A DNA stretch of 32,393 nucleotides from a virus (taxonomy: Duplodnaviria; Caudoviricetes). The stretch is from positions 1 to 32,393 of the IMG/VR virus record IMGVR_UViG_3300036713_000034; one strand, given 5' to 3'. Of the stretch, positions 1 through 7,212 are shown piece after piece; position 1 is the first letter of the stretch, and each line of letters begins with the position of its first letter. The position numbers were made by a program, and so were the translations under genes. The notes below the pieces were generated by a model. The model saw nothing but the letters and a program-made list of their open reading frames with translations. It had not been told where the DNA came from and made no database searches.

Positions 1-49
1 CCTATTATTATTAAGGTTATGGAGGATTAAAATGGGAGATGCCCTAAGA

Positions 50-271
50 CTAGGATTCCCGACTAGATCGTCCAGCGTTCTCGTGTTCACGTACCCACTT
101 CATGTGTCTACCGGGAAAATCCCCAGAAGACCCTTCAAGTACGTGCTGAGTTGCTGATACGATTTTTGTAGCGTTGGCTCCGCATCCGCACCTACTGGAT
201 GTGGTGTTGCCGTCTACAAATTCTTCAAAGATATGTCCGTTTGTACAGCGAAAATCAAATACTTTAATCAT
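50..271 (-). CDS. FmdB-like zinc-ribbon protein
   Basis: FDFRCxNGHxFE...CGCG...ATKIVS pattern typical of small phage zinc-ribbon proteins; overlaps the upstream ORF by 8 nt. Confidence 0.7.
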   Translation of the reverse strand: MIKVFDFRCTNGHIFEEFVDGNTTSSRCGCGANATKIVSATQHVLEGSSGDFPGRHMKWVREHENAGRSSRES

Positions 272-512
272 CGCTCTTTGTTAGCTCTTCGTAGTTATTG
301 TTAGTAGTAGTTTCAAAGTTGATTAGATAAGCAAGTACGTTGAGTTGCCCCTTACGAACAAACAAATCGTTTTCATCTTTAGTTGCTTCTACGCTGTTAA
401 TTACGACAGCATTTTGAGTAAGTTCTTCAATTAGCTGTTTCCAACCAGCGGTTCTAAACAGGTCAAAGTACTTGTTGTAGTATTGTTCAGTTTCTTGATC
501 TAGTGAGGCCAT
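264..512 (-). CDS. hypothetical head-module protein (82 aa)
   Basis: Intact ORF directly downstream of the minus-strand promoter at 533-561; 'GWKQLIEEL...KGQL' helical pattern; sits in the portal-scaffold interval. Confidence 0.7.
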   Translation of the reverse strand: MASLDQETEQYYNKYFDLFRTAGWKQLIEELTQNAVVINSVEATKDENDLFVRKGQLNVLAYLINFETTTNNNYEELTKSDD

Positions 513-532
513 ACGGTTGTCTCTATATCCTT

Positions 533-561
533 ATTATAACATATTTTTGACTAAAAGTCAA
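533..561 (-). promoter_or_regulatory. sigma70-type late promoter
   Basis: Minus strand TTGACT (561-556), 17-bp spacer, TATAAT (538-533) with extended -10 TGn. Confidence 0.85.
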
Positions 562-580
562 GTATTATTTTACGGTATTA

Positions 581-706
581 TTACCGATTCTTTTTATTTC
601 GTCCACGAGCTACAGCTAGGTTTGACCAAGCATTTGGGTATTTTACACCTCTTTTCTTGGACATGGCTTTAGCTCTGGCTTTCTGTTGTGGTGTTAACTT
701 AGCCAT
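581..706 (-). CDS. small basic protein, 41 aa (MAKLTPQQKARAKAMSKKRGVKYPNAWSNLAVARGRNKKNR)
   Basis: Hand-translated, below the ORF-track cutoff; ATG 1 nt after the stop of the upstream micro-ORF. Confidence 0.7.
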   Translation of the reverse strand: MAKLTPQQKARAKAMSKKRGVKYPNAWSNLAVARGRNKKNR

Positions 707-707
707 T

Positions 708-749
708 TTAATAACTCGGCTTCTTTACTTTTCTTTTTTTACCGGGCAT
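708..749 (-). CDS. basic micropeptide, 13 aa (MPGKKRKVKKPSY)
   Basis: AAGGAG Shine-Dalgarno ~8 nt upstream of ATG; fills the gap between two small basic ORFs. Confidence 0.5.
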   Translation of the reverse strand: MPGKKRKVKKPSY

Positions 750-912
750 TTGCTTTCTCCTTTGCTTTTTTAGACAAATCCTTATAGTGAAACAGTTTTA
801 CAGAGGTCTTGCCGTGGGTTTTGCCTGTGTGGAGCGAGCCATCAGGCATCTTGTGCGTGTTCCCTGACCACAGGGTTCCATCACGCTTGTAGTGCTTTAC
901 GCCTTTAGCCAT
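739..912 (-). CDS. small basic His/Lys-rich protein, 57 aa (MAKGVKHYKRDGTLWSGNTHKMPDGSLHTGKTH...)
   Basis: Hand-translated; ATG 1 nt after the upstream stop; HKMPDG.LHTG motif. Confidence 0.75.
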   Translation of the reverse strand: MAKGVKHYKRDGTLWSGNTHKMPDGSLHTGKTHGKTSVKLFHYKDLSKKAKEKANAR

Positions 913-913
913 A

Positions 914-1171
914 TTAATTTACCGTATGTACCTTAGTTATAGAGTTTACCCATGCCGTAGGTATAACCAGTTCTGCGTCTCCTTCTGTTACTTTTCCGTC
1001 TTCTATTAACACATGAGGACAAATAATTAACTTGTATTCATCGTTGTGCAAAAGAGTACCAACAGAAATTGCAGTAGCTGGTTCAAGAGATTGTAACTCT
1101 TTTATATCTCTCCAGCCCACGTTTGCTCCTCCTTGAGCGTCTTTCCAAACAACACAGTAAATATCTACCAT
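914..1171 (-). CDS. hypothetical protein (WxDA motif)
   Basis: Likely start at MVDIYCVVWKDA (1171), overlapping the upstream stop; beta-rich small phage protein pattern. Confidence 0.7.
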   Translation of the reverse strand: MVDIYCVVWKDAQGGANVGWRDIKELQSLEPATAISVGTLLHNDEYKLIICPHVLIEDGKVTEGDAELVIPTAWVNSITKVHTVN

Positions 1172-1449
1172 TTTACTTTGTTTGCCCAATAAGCCGCCGA
1201 GCATTTGCCTTTGGCTATGTTTTTAGCGTGACGAGCCTTAAAGGACTTACGCCTTGCCTTCTCCTTAGCAGTCTTAGGACTCTTTCCAGCACCACTGACT
1301 CCTTGTTGTCCAAATCGTATGGTCTTTACTTTACCGTCTTCACACTTAGCCACCACAACGTGTGACTTCGTGGGGTGATTAGGAGTCCTCTTTGGTTTGT
1401 TGAACCCGCTTACTCCCGCCCTTGCTAGTCTTGGATCTTTCTTGCTCAT
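1165..1449 (-). CDS. highly basic 94-aa protein
   Basis: TAATG-coupled to the portal stop; K/R-rich with 'IRFGQQG...RKSFKARH...SAAYWA' motifs seen in marine phage head modules. Confidence 0.8.
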   Translation of the reverse strand: MSKKDPRLARAGVSGFNKPKRTPNHPTKSHVVVAKCEDGKVKTIRFGQQGVSGAGKSPKTAKEKARRKSFKARHAKNIAKGKCSAAYWANKVKW

Positions 1450-1570
1450 TAACCTTGGCCTCCAAATGGTCCAGCTTGGTTTGGAGCAGTTCCAATTTGT
1501 CGAACTGGTCCTTGAACGCTTGGTTGATTTGGTCTAGGAATTTGGTCATTTCCACTTGTGTCATTAGCAC
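1379..1570 (-). CDS. overprinted coiled-coil protein (63 aa)
   Basis: GAGGAG SD 10 nt before GTG; heptad Leu pattern; overlaps the portal 3' end and the next gene. Confidence 0.6.
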   Translation of the reverse strand: MLMTQVEMTKFLDQINQAFKDQFDKLELLQTKLDHLEAKVNEQERSKTSKGGSKRVQQTKEDS

Positions 1571-3488
1571 GAGATGTTGCTCCTCTAGATGCTTGGTTGT
1601 TTAGGTTTTTCTCTTTTAACGCCACTTCAGCAATCTTCAGCCTACGTTCAAACTCTTTGTCGTCAGCGTCACCTTCTCTGAGGTTTCTTGTGATTGCCTC
1701 AATCTTTTCGATCTCAAGCTCCTGTGGCGCAAGCTGTGAATCAACAGCGTACTTGGTAGCCCTAGCCTGAGACTCTGCGGCCTGACCCTGTAGAGCGGCA
1801 GTTTGCGCTTGCTGGAACTCAAGCTGTGCTTGTTGTGCCACCATAGCCATCTGCTGTGCCTGTGGATCAGGTTGTGAAGCCTGTTGCATTGCCGCAATGA
1901 GTTCCTCACGGTTACTGAGGTTCATGTTGTCAATGATGCTCTGGATCAGCACAGGGTACAACGGGCTGTCTTGCTTCATAGTCTGCAAGAGTTGCACCAA
2001 CTGAGTAACCTCGTACTCACGAGCGATAATACCCAGAGTGCTCGTAGCGTTGAACTTGTAGTCAGCTACGGGGTAGTTCTCAGGGTCAAACTGCATGTAC
2101 CGGTGTGCGGCTTTGGTTACAAACGGCAGTAGGAAAGACTGCTGGAAGTTTATAAGAGTGCGCTTATGCCGCTTAATAATAGCACCAAGAGACATACTAA
2201 TGCCAGCGGCAGTAGCTTCACCATTGACTTGTCCCGCAATGCCAGCGGAATCCACGGCTCCAGTTGCTTGTTGCACCATCTGTTGAAGGCTAGCGGCTTG
2301 TGCAAAAGTGATTTGACCCACTTGCCCAAAGTTGAAAGGTTGAAGTACTTCACGGGGATCTCCATTAGTAAGTATCATCTTGCCGGGGCGAACTTCTGGC
2401 CTAGCGCCTCTAGGCAACCTAGTCGCATCAATCGCCAGCATCGGATGAATAGTAAGTGACAACGCATCAATACGTGCACGTAGTTCTGTATCTAGTGCCT
2501 TCTGGCTGTTGTAGCCCTTCTCGCACACACCTCTTCCCCAGAAACGTCCGGGTACTACGTCCCAAGGGAACGCAACTACGGGTCTGTCTTTCATCATGTA
2601 GGGGTTGGCTTCAGCTTTCAAGAGCGTACCGCCGTTAGCAATAACTACGATAGCCTCAACGTACTTAGAGTCTTCTTCTACGTCTACGTCTTCAGCCTCA
2701 AGCATTTCTCGTGGCACAAGGCCGTAGTACTTCGTGAGGCGTACCTTATCGTCGTTGTAGATCGTGAGGTCTTGGTCAGGCTCTAGGTCTGCGTCAGGGG
2801 CCGCTGATTCAATCATAGCCTCCCTGTACACGCCTTGCTCCTGTAGTAGCTCTACGCTGTGCTTAGACACAAACTCGTCTACAGCGACACCCATAGCCTC
2901 CTCAATAGACGTAGCCACTGGGTCAATAAGGAAGTTCTGAGGCAACACGGGCTTCAGCTTGACTACAACCCTGTCGGTGATGTTTACACCCACGGCAGTC
3001 AACTGTCCGTCCATGATCGGCTGAGTAGCCGGAGCCATCTCTTTGATCTCTTCCAGCGTGATCTCACCGATACCTGTGCCAAACACAGCGGCGTTGATGA
3101 GGCACTCTGCTACAGCTTTACGTACCTTACAGGCTTCAAAGTCTTCAGCGAGCTTCTTGCGGAGGTACAGAATGTCCTGCTTGTCTTGGTCGTTGGTGTC
3201 ATCAGAAATGTCAAACCACTTACCTCTGCCAAACGTGGCTTCCTCTAGCTCCGCTACGTTAGACTCTACAGCTTGCTGAAGCGCAGGAGAGATAATTCTA
3301 GAACGTTCCGATGCTCTTTCGGAGTCAGCAGGATCCCATTGACCTCGCCATAGCCTATAGTATTCTTCAAACTTTTGTTCGTAGTTTGACTCATAGTGAT
3401 CTCTCCAGTTTTCACACTTGGTCATCACCCACTCTTCCAGAGACTCCTCAATCATCAGAGGGTCTGGGCTATAAATTTCTTCTGCCAT
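1449..3488 (-). CDS. portal protein
   Basis: ~680 aa downstream of terL; 'FGTGIG', 'VPGRFWGRGVCE', Q-rich C-terminal coiled barrel as in P22-type portals; start MAEEI with AAGGA SD. Confidence 0.9.
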   Translation of the reverse strand: MAEEIYSPDPLMIEESLEEWVMTKCENWRDHYESNYEQKFEEYYRLWRGQWDPADSERASERSRIISPALQQAVESNVAELEEATFGRGKWFDISDDTNDQDKQDILYLRKKLAEDFEACKVRKAVAECLINAAVFGTGIGEITLEEIKEMAPATQPIMDGQLTAVGVNITDRVVVKLKPVLPQNFLIDPVATSIEEAMGVAVDEFVSKHSVELLQEQGVYREAMIESAAPDADLEPDQDLTIYNDDKVRLTKYYGLVPREMLEAEDVDVEEDSKYVEAIVVIANGGTLLKAEANPYMMKDRPVVAFPWDVVPGRFWGRGVCEKGYNSQKALDTELRARIDALSLTIHPMLAIDATRLPRGARPEVRPGKMILTNGDPREVLQPFNFGQVGQITFAQAASLQQMVQQATGAVDSAGIAGQVNGEATAAGISMSLGAIIKRHKRTLINFQQSFLLPFVTKAAHRYMQFDPENYPVADYKFNATSTLGIIAREYEVTQLVQLLQTMKQDSPLYPVLIQSIIDNMNLSNREELIAAMQQASQPDPQAQQMAMVAQQAQLEFQQAQTAALQGQAAESQARATKYAVDSQLAPQELEIEKIEAITRNLREGDADDKEFERRLKIAEVALKEKNLNNQASRGATSRANDTSGNDQIPRPNQPSVQGPVRQIGTAPNQAGPFGGQG

Positions 3489-3498
3489 CTTAGGTTCC

Positions 3499-3591
3499 TT
3501 AAAGTACGGCAACTGTGTACCCTAGTGTACAAAACACCACAGCACTGATTGCGTATATTCCGTAGGTATTTAACCGCCTGTAAACTCTCAT
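3499..3591 (-). CDS. 30-aa single-TM membrane peptide (MRVYRRLNTYGIYAISAVVFCTLGYTVAVL)
   Basis: Hand-translated; AAGGA upstream; basic N-terminus plus hydrophobic stretch; fills the HNH-portal gap. Confidence 0.55.
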   Translation of the reverse strand: MRVYRRLNTYGIYAISAVVFCTLGYTVAVL

Positions 3592-3615
3592 TATCTGGAA
3601 GTATCCTTAAATTTT

Positions 3616-4086
3616 CTAGTCTTTTATCTTAAACGTGTTAGACTTAGCTCTATTTTCTTTAGCCCTAAGTATTTGCAAATTATGTTCTACGTGTAAACCA
3701 CAAACTTTAGAGTGCTGAAGTGGTACGATGTGGTCAATTTCAAAATCAGGCTTAACGCCTACAGACTTAAAAATAGCGTTAGCTTCAGCGGCGTTAACAT
3801 ATAGATCCTCTATGTACTGTTGGCTAGCCCAAGAGGGTTGTGCGTTTTTTATTGTTTTTCTTCTTTTAGACTGTGCGGCGGCGTGTTTTGCGTTATATAG
3901 AACAGGATCTTTAGCTTTCCTTCTTCTATATTCAATAGCCCTAGCTTCAGGATTCTTTACACGCCACTTTTTTACTGCATCAAAAACGCAGGCACGACAC
4001 TTATTTAGCCTACCGTCTTTCATTCTTTTATTTTTGTGAAACTCAACAATAGGCTTATTTTCGCCGCATTTAAAACAAGTCTTCAT
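3616..4086 (-). CDS. HNH endonuclease with N-terminal zinc finger
   Basis: CxxC...CxxC N-terminus; 'EIDHIVPLQ...CGLHVEHNLQIL...ENRAKSN' HNH motif. Confidence 0.9.
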   Translation of the reverse strand: MKTCFKCGENKPIVEFHKNKRMKDGRLNKCRACVFDAVKKWRVKNPEARAIEYRRRKAKDPVLYNAKHAAAQSKRRKTIKNAQPSWASQQYIEDLYVNAAEANAIFKSVGVKPDFEIDHIVPLQHSKVCGLHVEHNLQILRAKENRAKSNTFKIKD

Positions 4087-5336
4087 TAATAGCCCGCCGT
4101 AATATCTAGTATTTCGTGGTCATCTATTTCAAAGTCGTAGCTGTAAGCTACCTTAGCCAACTGGTCTATGTACGCTAGAGCGTCAACTAAGTCGTCGTGA
4201 GTTAGTGCATCAGGAAACTGGAAGAGTTGGTCCAAGAACCTACTGTTCCACTCTCCTTTGCTTAGGGTTACGTATCCGTTCTCAAAGCGCCCTTGTAGCG
4301 CCCACATCACCCTGTCAGTCTTCTTTTTGTTACCGTGAGTTAACTCTTCTACCCTGAAGAACTGCCCGTATCGCTTCATCAGGTCCATCAGAGGACTCAT
4401 TACGGCTTGTTTTGCAATCCCTCGTTCAATACCAACGCTAACGGGTCTGTAGTCTCTAACGGCCTGAAATATCTTGGCGGCAGTCTCGTTAAGCTCCCAC
4501 CGCCCATGTATAATGTTATCAACGTACCAACCATCAGTACCAACTTTAACGACAGCGATTGCGGTTTCATCTAGTTTAGTGTTCTTCGTCCGTTTCTTGT
4601 TTACGTCCTCAAATCCAGCGAGGTCAACTGCGATGTAGTAGTCGCCTTCTTCTGGCTCTTCTCCGAATTTGACCCAATCCTCTCTGAACATCTCTGAGCC
4701 TCTGGCTTCAAACGAGGCCATGAACTCTTGTCTAAAGGCGTAACTCGACATTGATTTCTTTGCCATGTCGATTTCAGTCGGGTCCAAGATTGGATTGTCG
4801 TAGCTGGTGAAATGCCAGCCCCTGTAAGTCTCATCGTCACCTAACTCTGCGTACTTGTACAACTCGTAGAAGTGGTTCCTGCCCATAGGCGTACCTATGA
4901 ACAGTGCTTCACCTTTTTGGTCAGCCAGTGCTGGACGGAGGATCTGTTCCCATACGTCAGGCTTCATGTCTGCGTACTCGTCCATCACGAGAAACTTCAA
5001 GGACACACCACGCATTGTCTCTGGCCTGTCGGCTCCCTTGAGACTAATTGTGGCCCCGTTGACCAGCCTGATCTGGAGGTTGTTGATGTGACTTCCAGAT
5101 ATAACAGGGTGTCCTAGCTCCAACAGAGTCTGCCACATGATGTCACGGGCTTGTCCCTGCGTGGGCGCAACGTAAAAAACGTGTCCTTTGTCGGACTGTA
5201 GGGCGTTGATAATCAACATCCAAGCGGCTAGGCGAGACTTCCCTGTCCTTCGCCCAGCGGCTACTACCTTAAACCTAGTAGGATCAGAGTAGACTTCTTG
5301 TTGCCACGGTAGCAGTTGTACGTTTAGATCAGTCAA
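4086..5336 (-). CDS. terL: terminase large subunit
   Basis: Walker A 'AGRRTGKS', Walker B 'LVMDE', coupling motif 'GTPMG', RNase H-like 'IAVDLA...D.TA...HDDLVDALAY'. Confidence 0.95.
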   Translation of the reverse strand: MTDLNVQLLPWQQEVYSDPTRFKVVAAGRRTGKSRLAAWMLIINALQSDKGHVFYVAPTQGQARDIMWQTLLELGHPVISGSHINNLQIRLVNGATISLKGADRPETMRGVSLKFLVMDEYADMKPDVWEQILRPALADQKGEALFIGTPMGRNHFYELYKYAELGDDETYRGWHFTSYDNPILDPTEIDMAKKSMSSYAFRQEFMASFEARGSEMFREDWVKFGEEPEEGDYYIAVDLAGFEDVNKKRTKNTKLDETAIAVVKVGTDGWYVDNIIHGRWELNETAAKIFQAVRDYRPVSVGIERGIAKQAVMSPLMDLMKRYGQFFRVEELTHGNKKKTDRVMWALQGRFENGYVTLSKGEWNSRFLDQLFQFPDALTHDDLVDALAYIDQLAKVAYSYDFEIDDHEILDITAGY

Positions 5337-5556
5337 CTAACTGTAAACTCTTGAGTGCTTCTGTGAAGTCTTTAGATCCACCAAAGTGGTAGAATACTTG
5401 TGGTATGGATCTCTTTCCTGTCATTGTTTCTACTAAGTCCCAACCGGCTTGACCGGGGGGCATCTCTACGTACTTGTACTCCATGTTGAGTTCTTTTAGG
5501 GTTTTCTTGGTTCTCCTACACGCAGGACACCAATCAGCCCCTATGAATGTAATCAT
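5329..5556 (-). CDS. glutaredoxin / NrdH-like redoxin
   Basis: WCPAC active site; 'TGKRSIPQVF' cis-Pro motif; GG motif. Confidence 0.9.
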   Translation of the reverse strand: MITFIGADWCPACRRTKKTLKELNMEYKYVEMPPGQAGWDLVETMTGKRSIPQVFYHFGGSKDFTEALKSLQLVD

Positions 5557-5561
5557 GGTTT

Positions 5562-5924
5562 TTACGCACCGTTAAAGTTTACAAATACAGGAGGCTGTGG
5601 TAACAAGTCTATAGTTACAACAACTTCTATGCTTCCTGTTGCTGAACTGGCTTGTGCTTTTAATGTTTCGTTTTCAGATAAAACAAAAACTACACCAGAA
5701 CCAGAGTCCCCTAGTATTTCTTTGTTTCCAGCGCCAATGGAAGTACCATCAAAAATGTAAACATCAGGCACTCCACCTGTTTCCCAGAAGAGGTCTATTT
5801 GGTTCGTAGAACCTCCGTGGTTAGCAATAAAAATGTACTTTACGTGGGCTACGTGTCCACTAGGAATTGTTAGTATTGATTGCTCTGTATTATCTGTAAG
5901 GGTTCTATGTCTTGTGTACAGCAT
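5562..5924 (-). CDS. hypothetical beta-sandwich protein
   Basis: Probable start MLYTRH at 5924 (TGATG overlap with the endolysin stop); alternating hydrophobic beta pattern. Confidence 0.7.
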   Translation of the reverse strand: MLYTRHRTLTDNTEQSILTIPSGHVAHVKYIFIANHGGSTNQIDLFWETGGVPDVYIFDGTSIGAGNKEILGDSGSGVVFVLSENETLKAQASSATGSIEVVVTIDLLPQPPVFVNFNGA

Positions 5925-6265
5925 CAGTAAGTCCAAATCACAGGAGCAGAACCCCGTGTATCTACGTGAATAAAGTCACTAGCGACGCCAATCCCAGCGA
6001 AACCCATTGCCAAAGCCTCTCTTATTATCGTGTACCGGTGGGCAGAGTTAGTTATTTTTATGTCTGCCGCTATGCCTTGCGCGTGAGTTCCGGGTACATC
6101 TTTCTTTGCTTCTATTGGGTGCTGGGGTGACCTGTAGCCGCTAGTGATAACAAACGGGAAACCACATCTGTCCCTCAGTTCATCTACCATTTCCATGAAC
6201 TCAGGCTCCATGTTGTTTTCACCTGTGTGTTGACAGTTGAACTCGTCTACTGTGAAGTGTTTCAA
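5924..6265 (-). CDS. peptidase M15 family endolysin
   Basis: 'F..DEF.C...G', 'ITSGYR', 'H..GIAADI', 'FIHVDTR' zinc peptidase motifs; TTG start with GAGGA SD. Confidence 0.9.
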   Translation of the reverse strand: MKHFTVDEFNCQHTGENNMEPEFMEMVDELRDRCGFPFVITSGYRSPQHPIEAKKDVPGTHAQGIAADIKITNSAHRYTIIREALAMGFAGIGVASDFIHVDTRGSAPVIWTY

Positions 6266-6426
6266 GATGCTTTGGTCCTCAAGTACTCAAAGAAGAGGGT
6301 AGATTGGCCTTCGGCCTCGTCAATCAACGAGTTCACCTTCGATTGTGCTACTCTCTGGATAGCTAGAATCAACTGTTGCGCCTCCAACCCCAGTGATATT
6401 AATCTGGATCGCACTTCTGCCTCCAT
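6262..6426 (-). CDS. overprinted 54-aa amphipathic protein inside the terS 3' end
   Basis: AAGGAGGT SD 8 nt before ATG at 6426; its TGA overlaps the endolysin TTG (TTGA). Confidence 0.55.
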   Translation of the reverse strand: MEAEVRSRLISLGLEAQQLILAIQRVAQSKVNSLIDEAEGQSTLFFEYLRTKAS

Positions 6427-6772
6427 CTTTGGTGACCTCCTTCTCAAACGCACCTACAGGTAGTATTCTGTCCATCACCAGCTTCCACGCGGCCGCTTGG
6501 TTCTTGTGGTCGTGGTCCAGTGCGGCCTCAAATATCGTCTCTAGGACTCTAACTGACTTGGGACTCGCTAGCATACGAGCTTTGTACTCGTTAATTATAG
6601 CGGCGTCACCCTTTGGACGCCCACGGACCCCTCTGCCGCCCTTAGATTTAGCTGATATTTCTTTCTTTTTTGGTCTACCTCTAGACCTCTTACGTAGATT
6701 TATCTCTTTTCTAGCCTCTGCTTGGGCTTCTAGGGTGTTTTCTTGAGGTTCTAGGGTGTCTTTTTCCGACAT
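6320..6772 (-). CDS. terS: terminase small subunit (probable)
   Basis: First late gene upstream of terL; AT-hook-like 'RGRPKK'/'RGRPKG', helical core and 'IQINITG' C-terminal strand; AGGAG SD. Confidence 0.75.
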   Translation of the reverse strand: MSEKDTLEPQENTLEAQAEARKEINLRKRSRGRPKKKEISAKSKGGRGVRGRPKGDAAIINEYKARMLASPKSVRVLETIFEAALDHDHKNQAAAWKLVMDRILPVGAFEKEVTKDGGRSAIQINITGVGGATVDSSYPESSTIEGELVD

Positions 6773-6798
6773 TCTCCTGTTTCCTTGTGTTTAACGCT

Positions 6799-6902
6799 AG
6801 TTCGCATGAGTCCCCTGCCTAGGTTGTAACATATGAGGGGATCTATACGAACTGTTTAGTAGTAAACTAAGCCCCGCATCTGTGTAACTAAGTACAACCT
6901 AG
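6799..6902 (-). ncRNA. candidate structured cis-regulatory RNA in the terS 5' leader
   Basis: Perfect 10-bp pairing 6893-6902/6819-6828; stems 6845-6853/6799-6807 and 6836-6841/6811-6816; interleaved (pseudoknot) topology. Confidence 0.55.
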
Positions 6903-6914
6903 TATATACTGTAT

Positions 6915-6943
6915 ATTATACCATATTTTTACTCAAAAGTCAA
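6915..6943 (-). promoter_or_regulatory. sigma70-type late promoter for the terS operon
   Basis: TTGACT (6943-6938), 17 bp, TATAAT (6920-6915), extended -10; 33/40 identical to the promoter at 531-570. Confidence 0.85.
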
Positions 6944-7212
6944 GCATTATTTATAGTAAATAAGTCACAAGTTATACTTAGGGACACTGTATTTACACTT
7001 GTGGCCCCGGCCTGAGTAAATCACGAGGTAAATCAGGAGGTTGTACACGAGTTAAAACCACTCTTTTTTACCTATTTTTTAGCTAATTTGACTCTTTTAT
7101 GAACAGAGGTGGGTACAACTATAATTAACACAGGTCAACCCCCTCCCCCCGTGTCAAAACAAAGGGCCACCCCAGTCTAACACAAGACCGACACGATTGC
7201 AAGGAAAAACAT

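Noticed and set aside
21-157. Plus-strand GGAGG-N6-ATG opening a 41-codon ORF
   Set aside because: Antisense to the zinc-ribbon gene within the late arm; the CCTCC on the coding strand more likely belongs to the leader of the next gene outside the window
573-586. Hairpin CGGTA-TTAT-TACCG as a terminator
   Set aside because: Only 5 bp, and the T-run lies on the non-coding strand side; too weak to call
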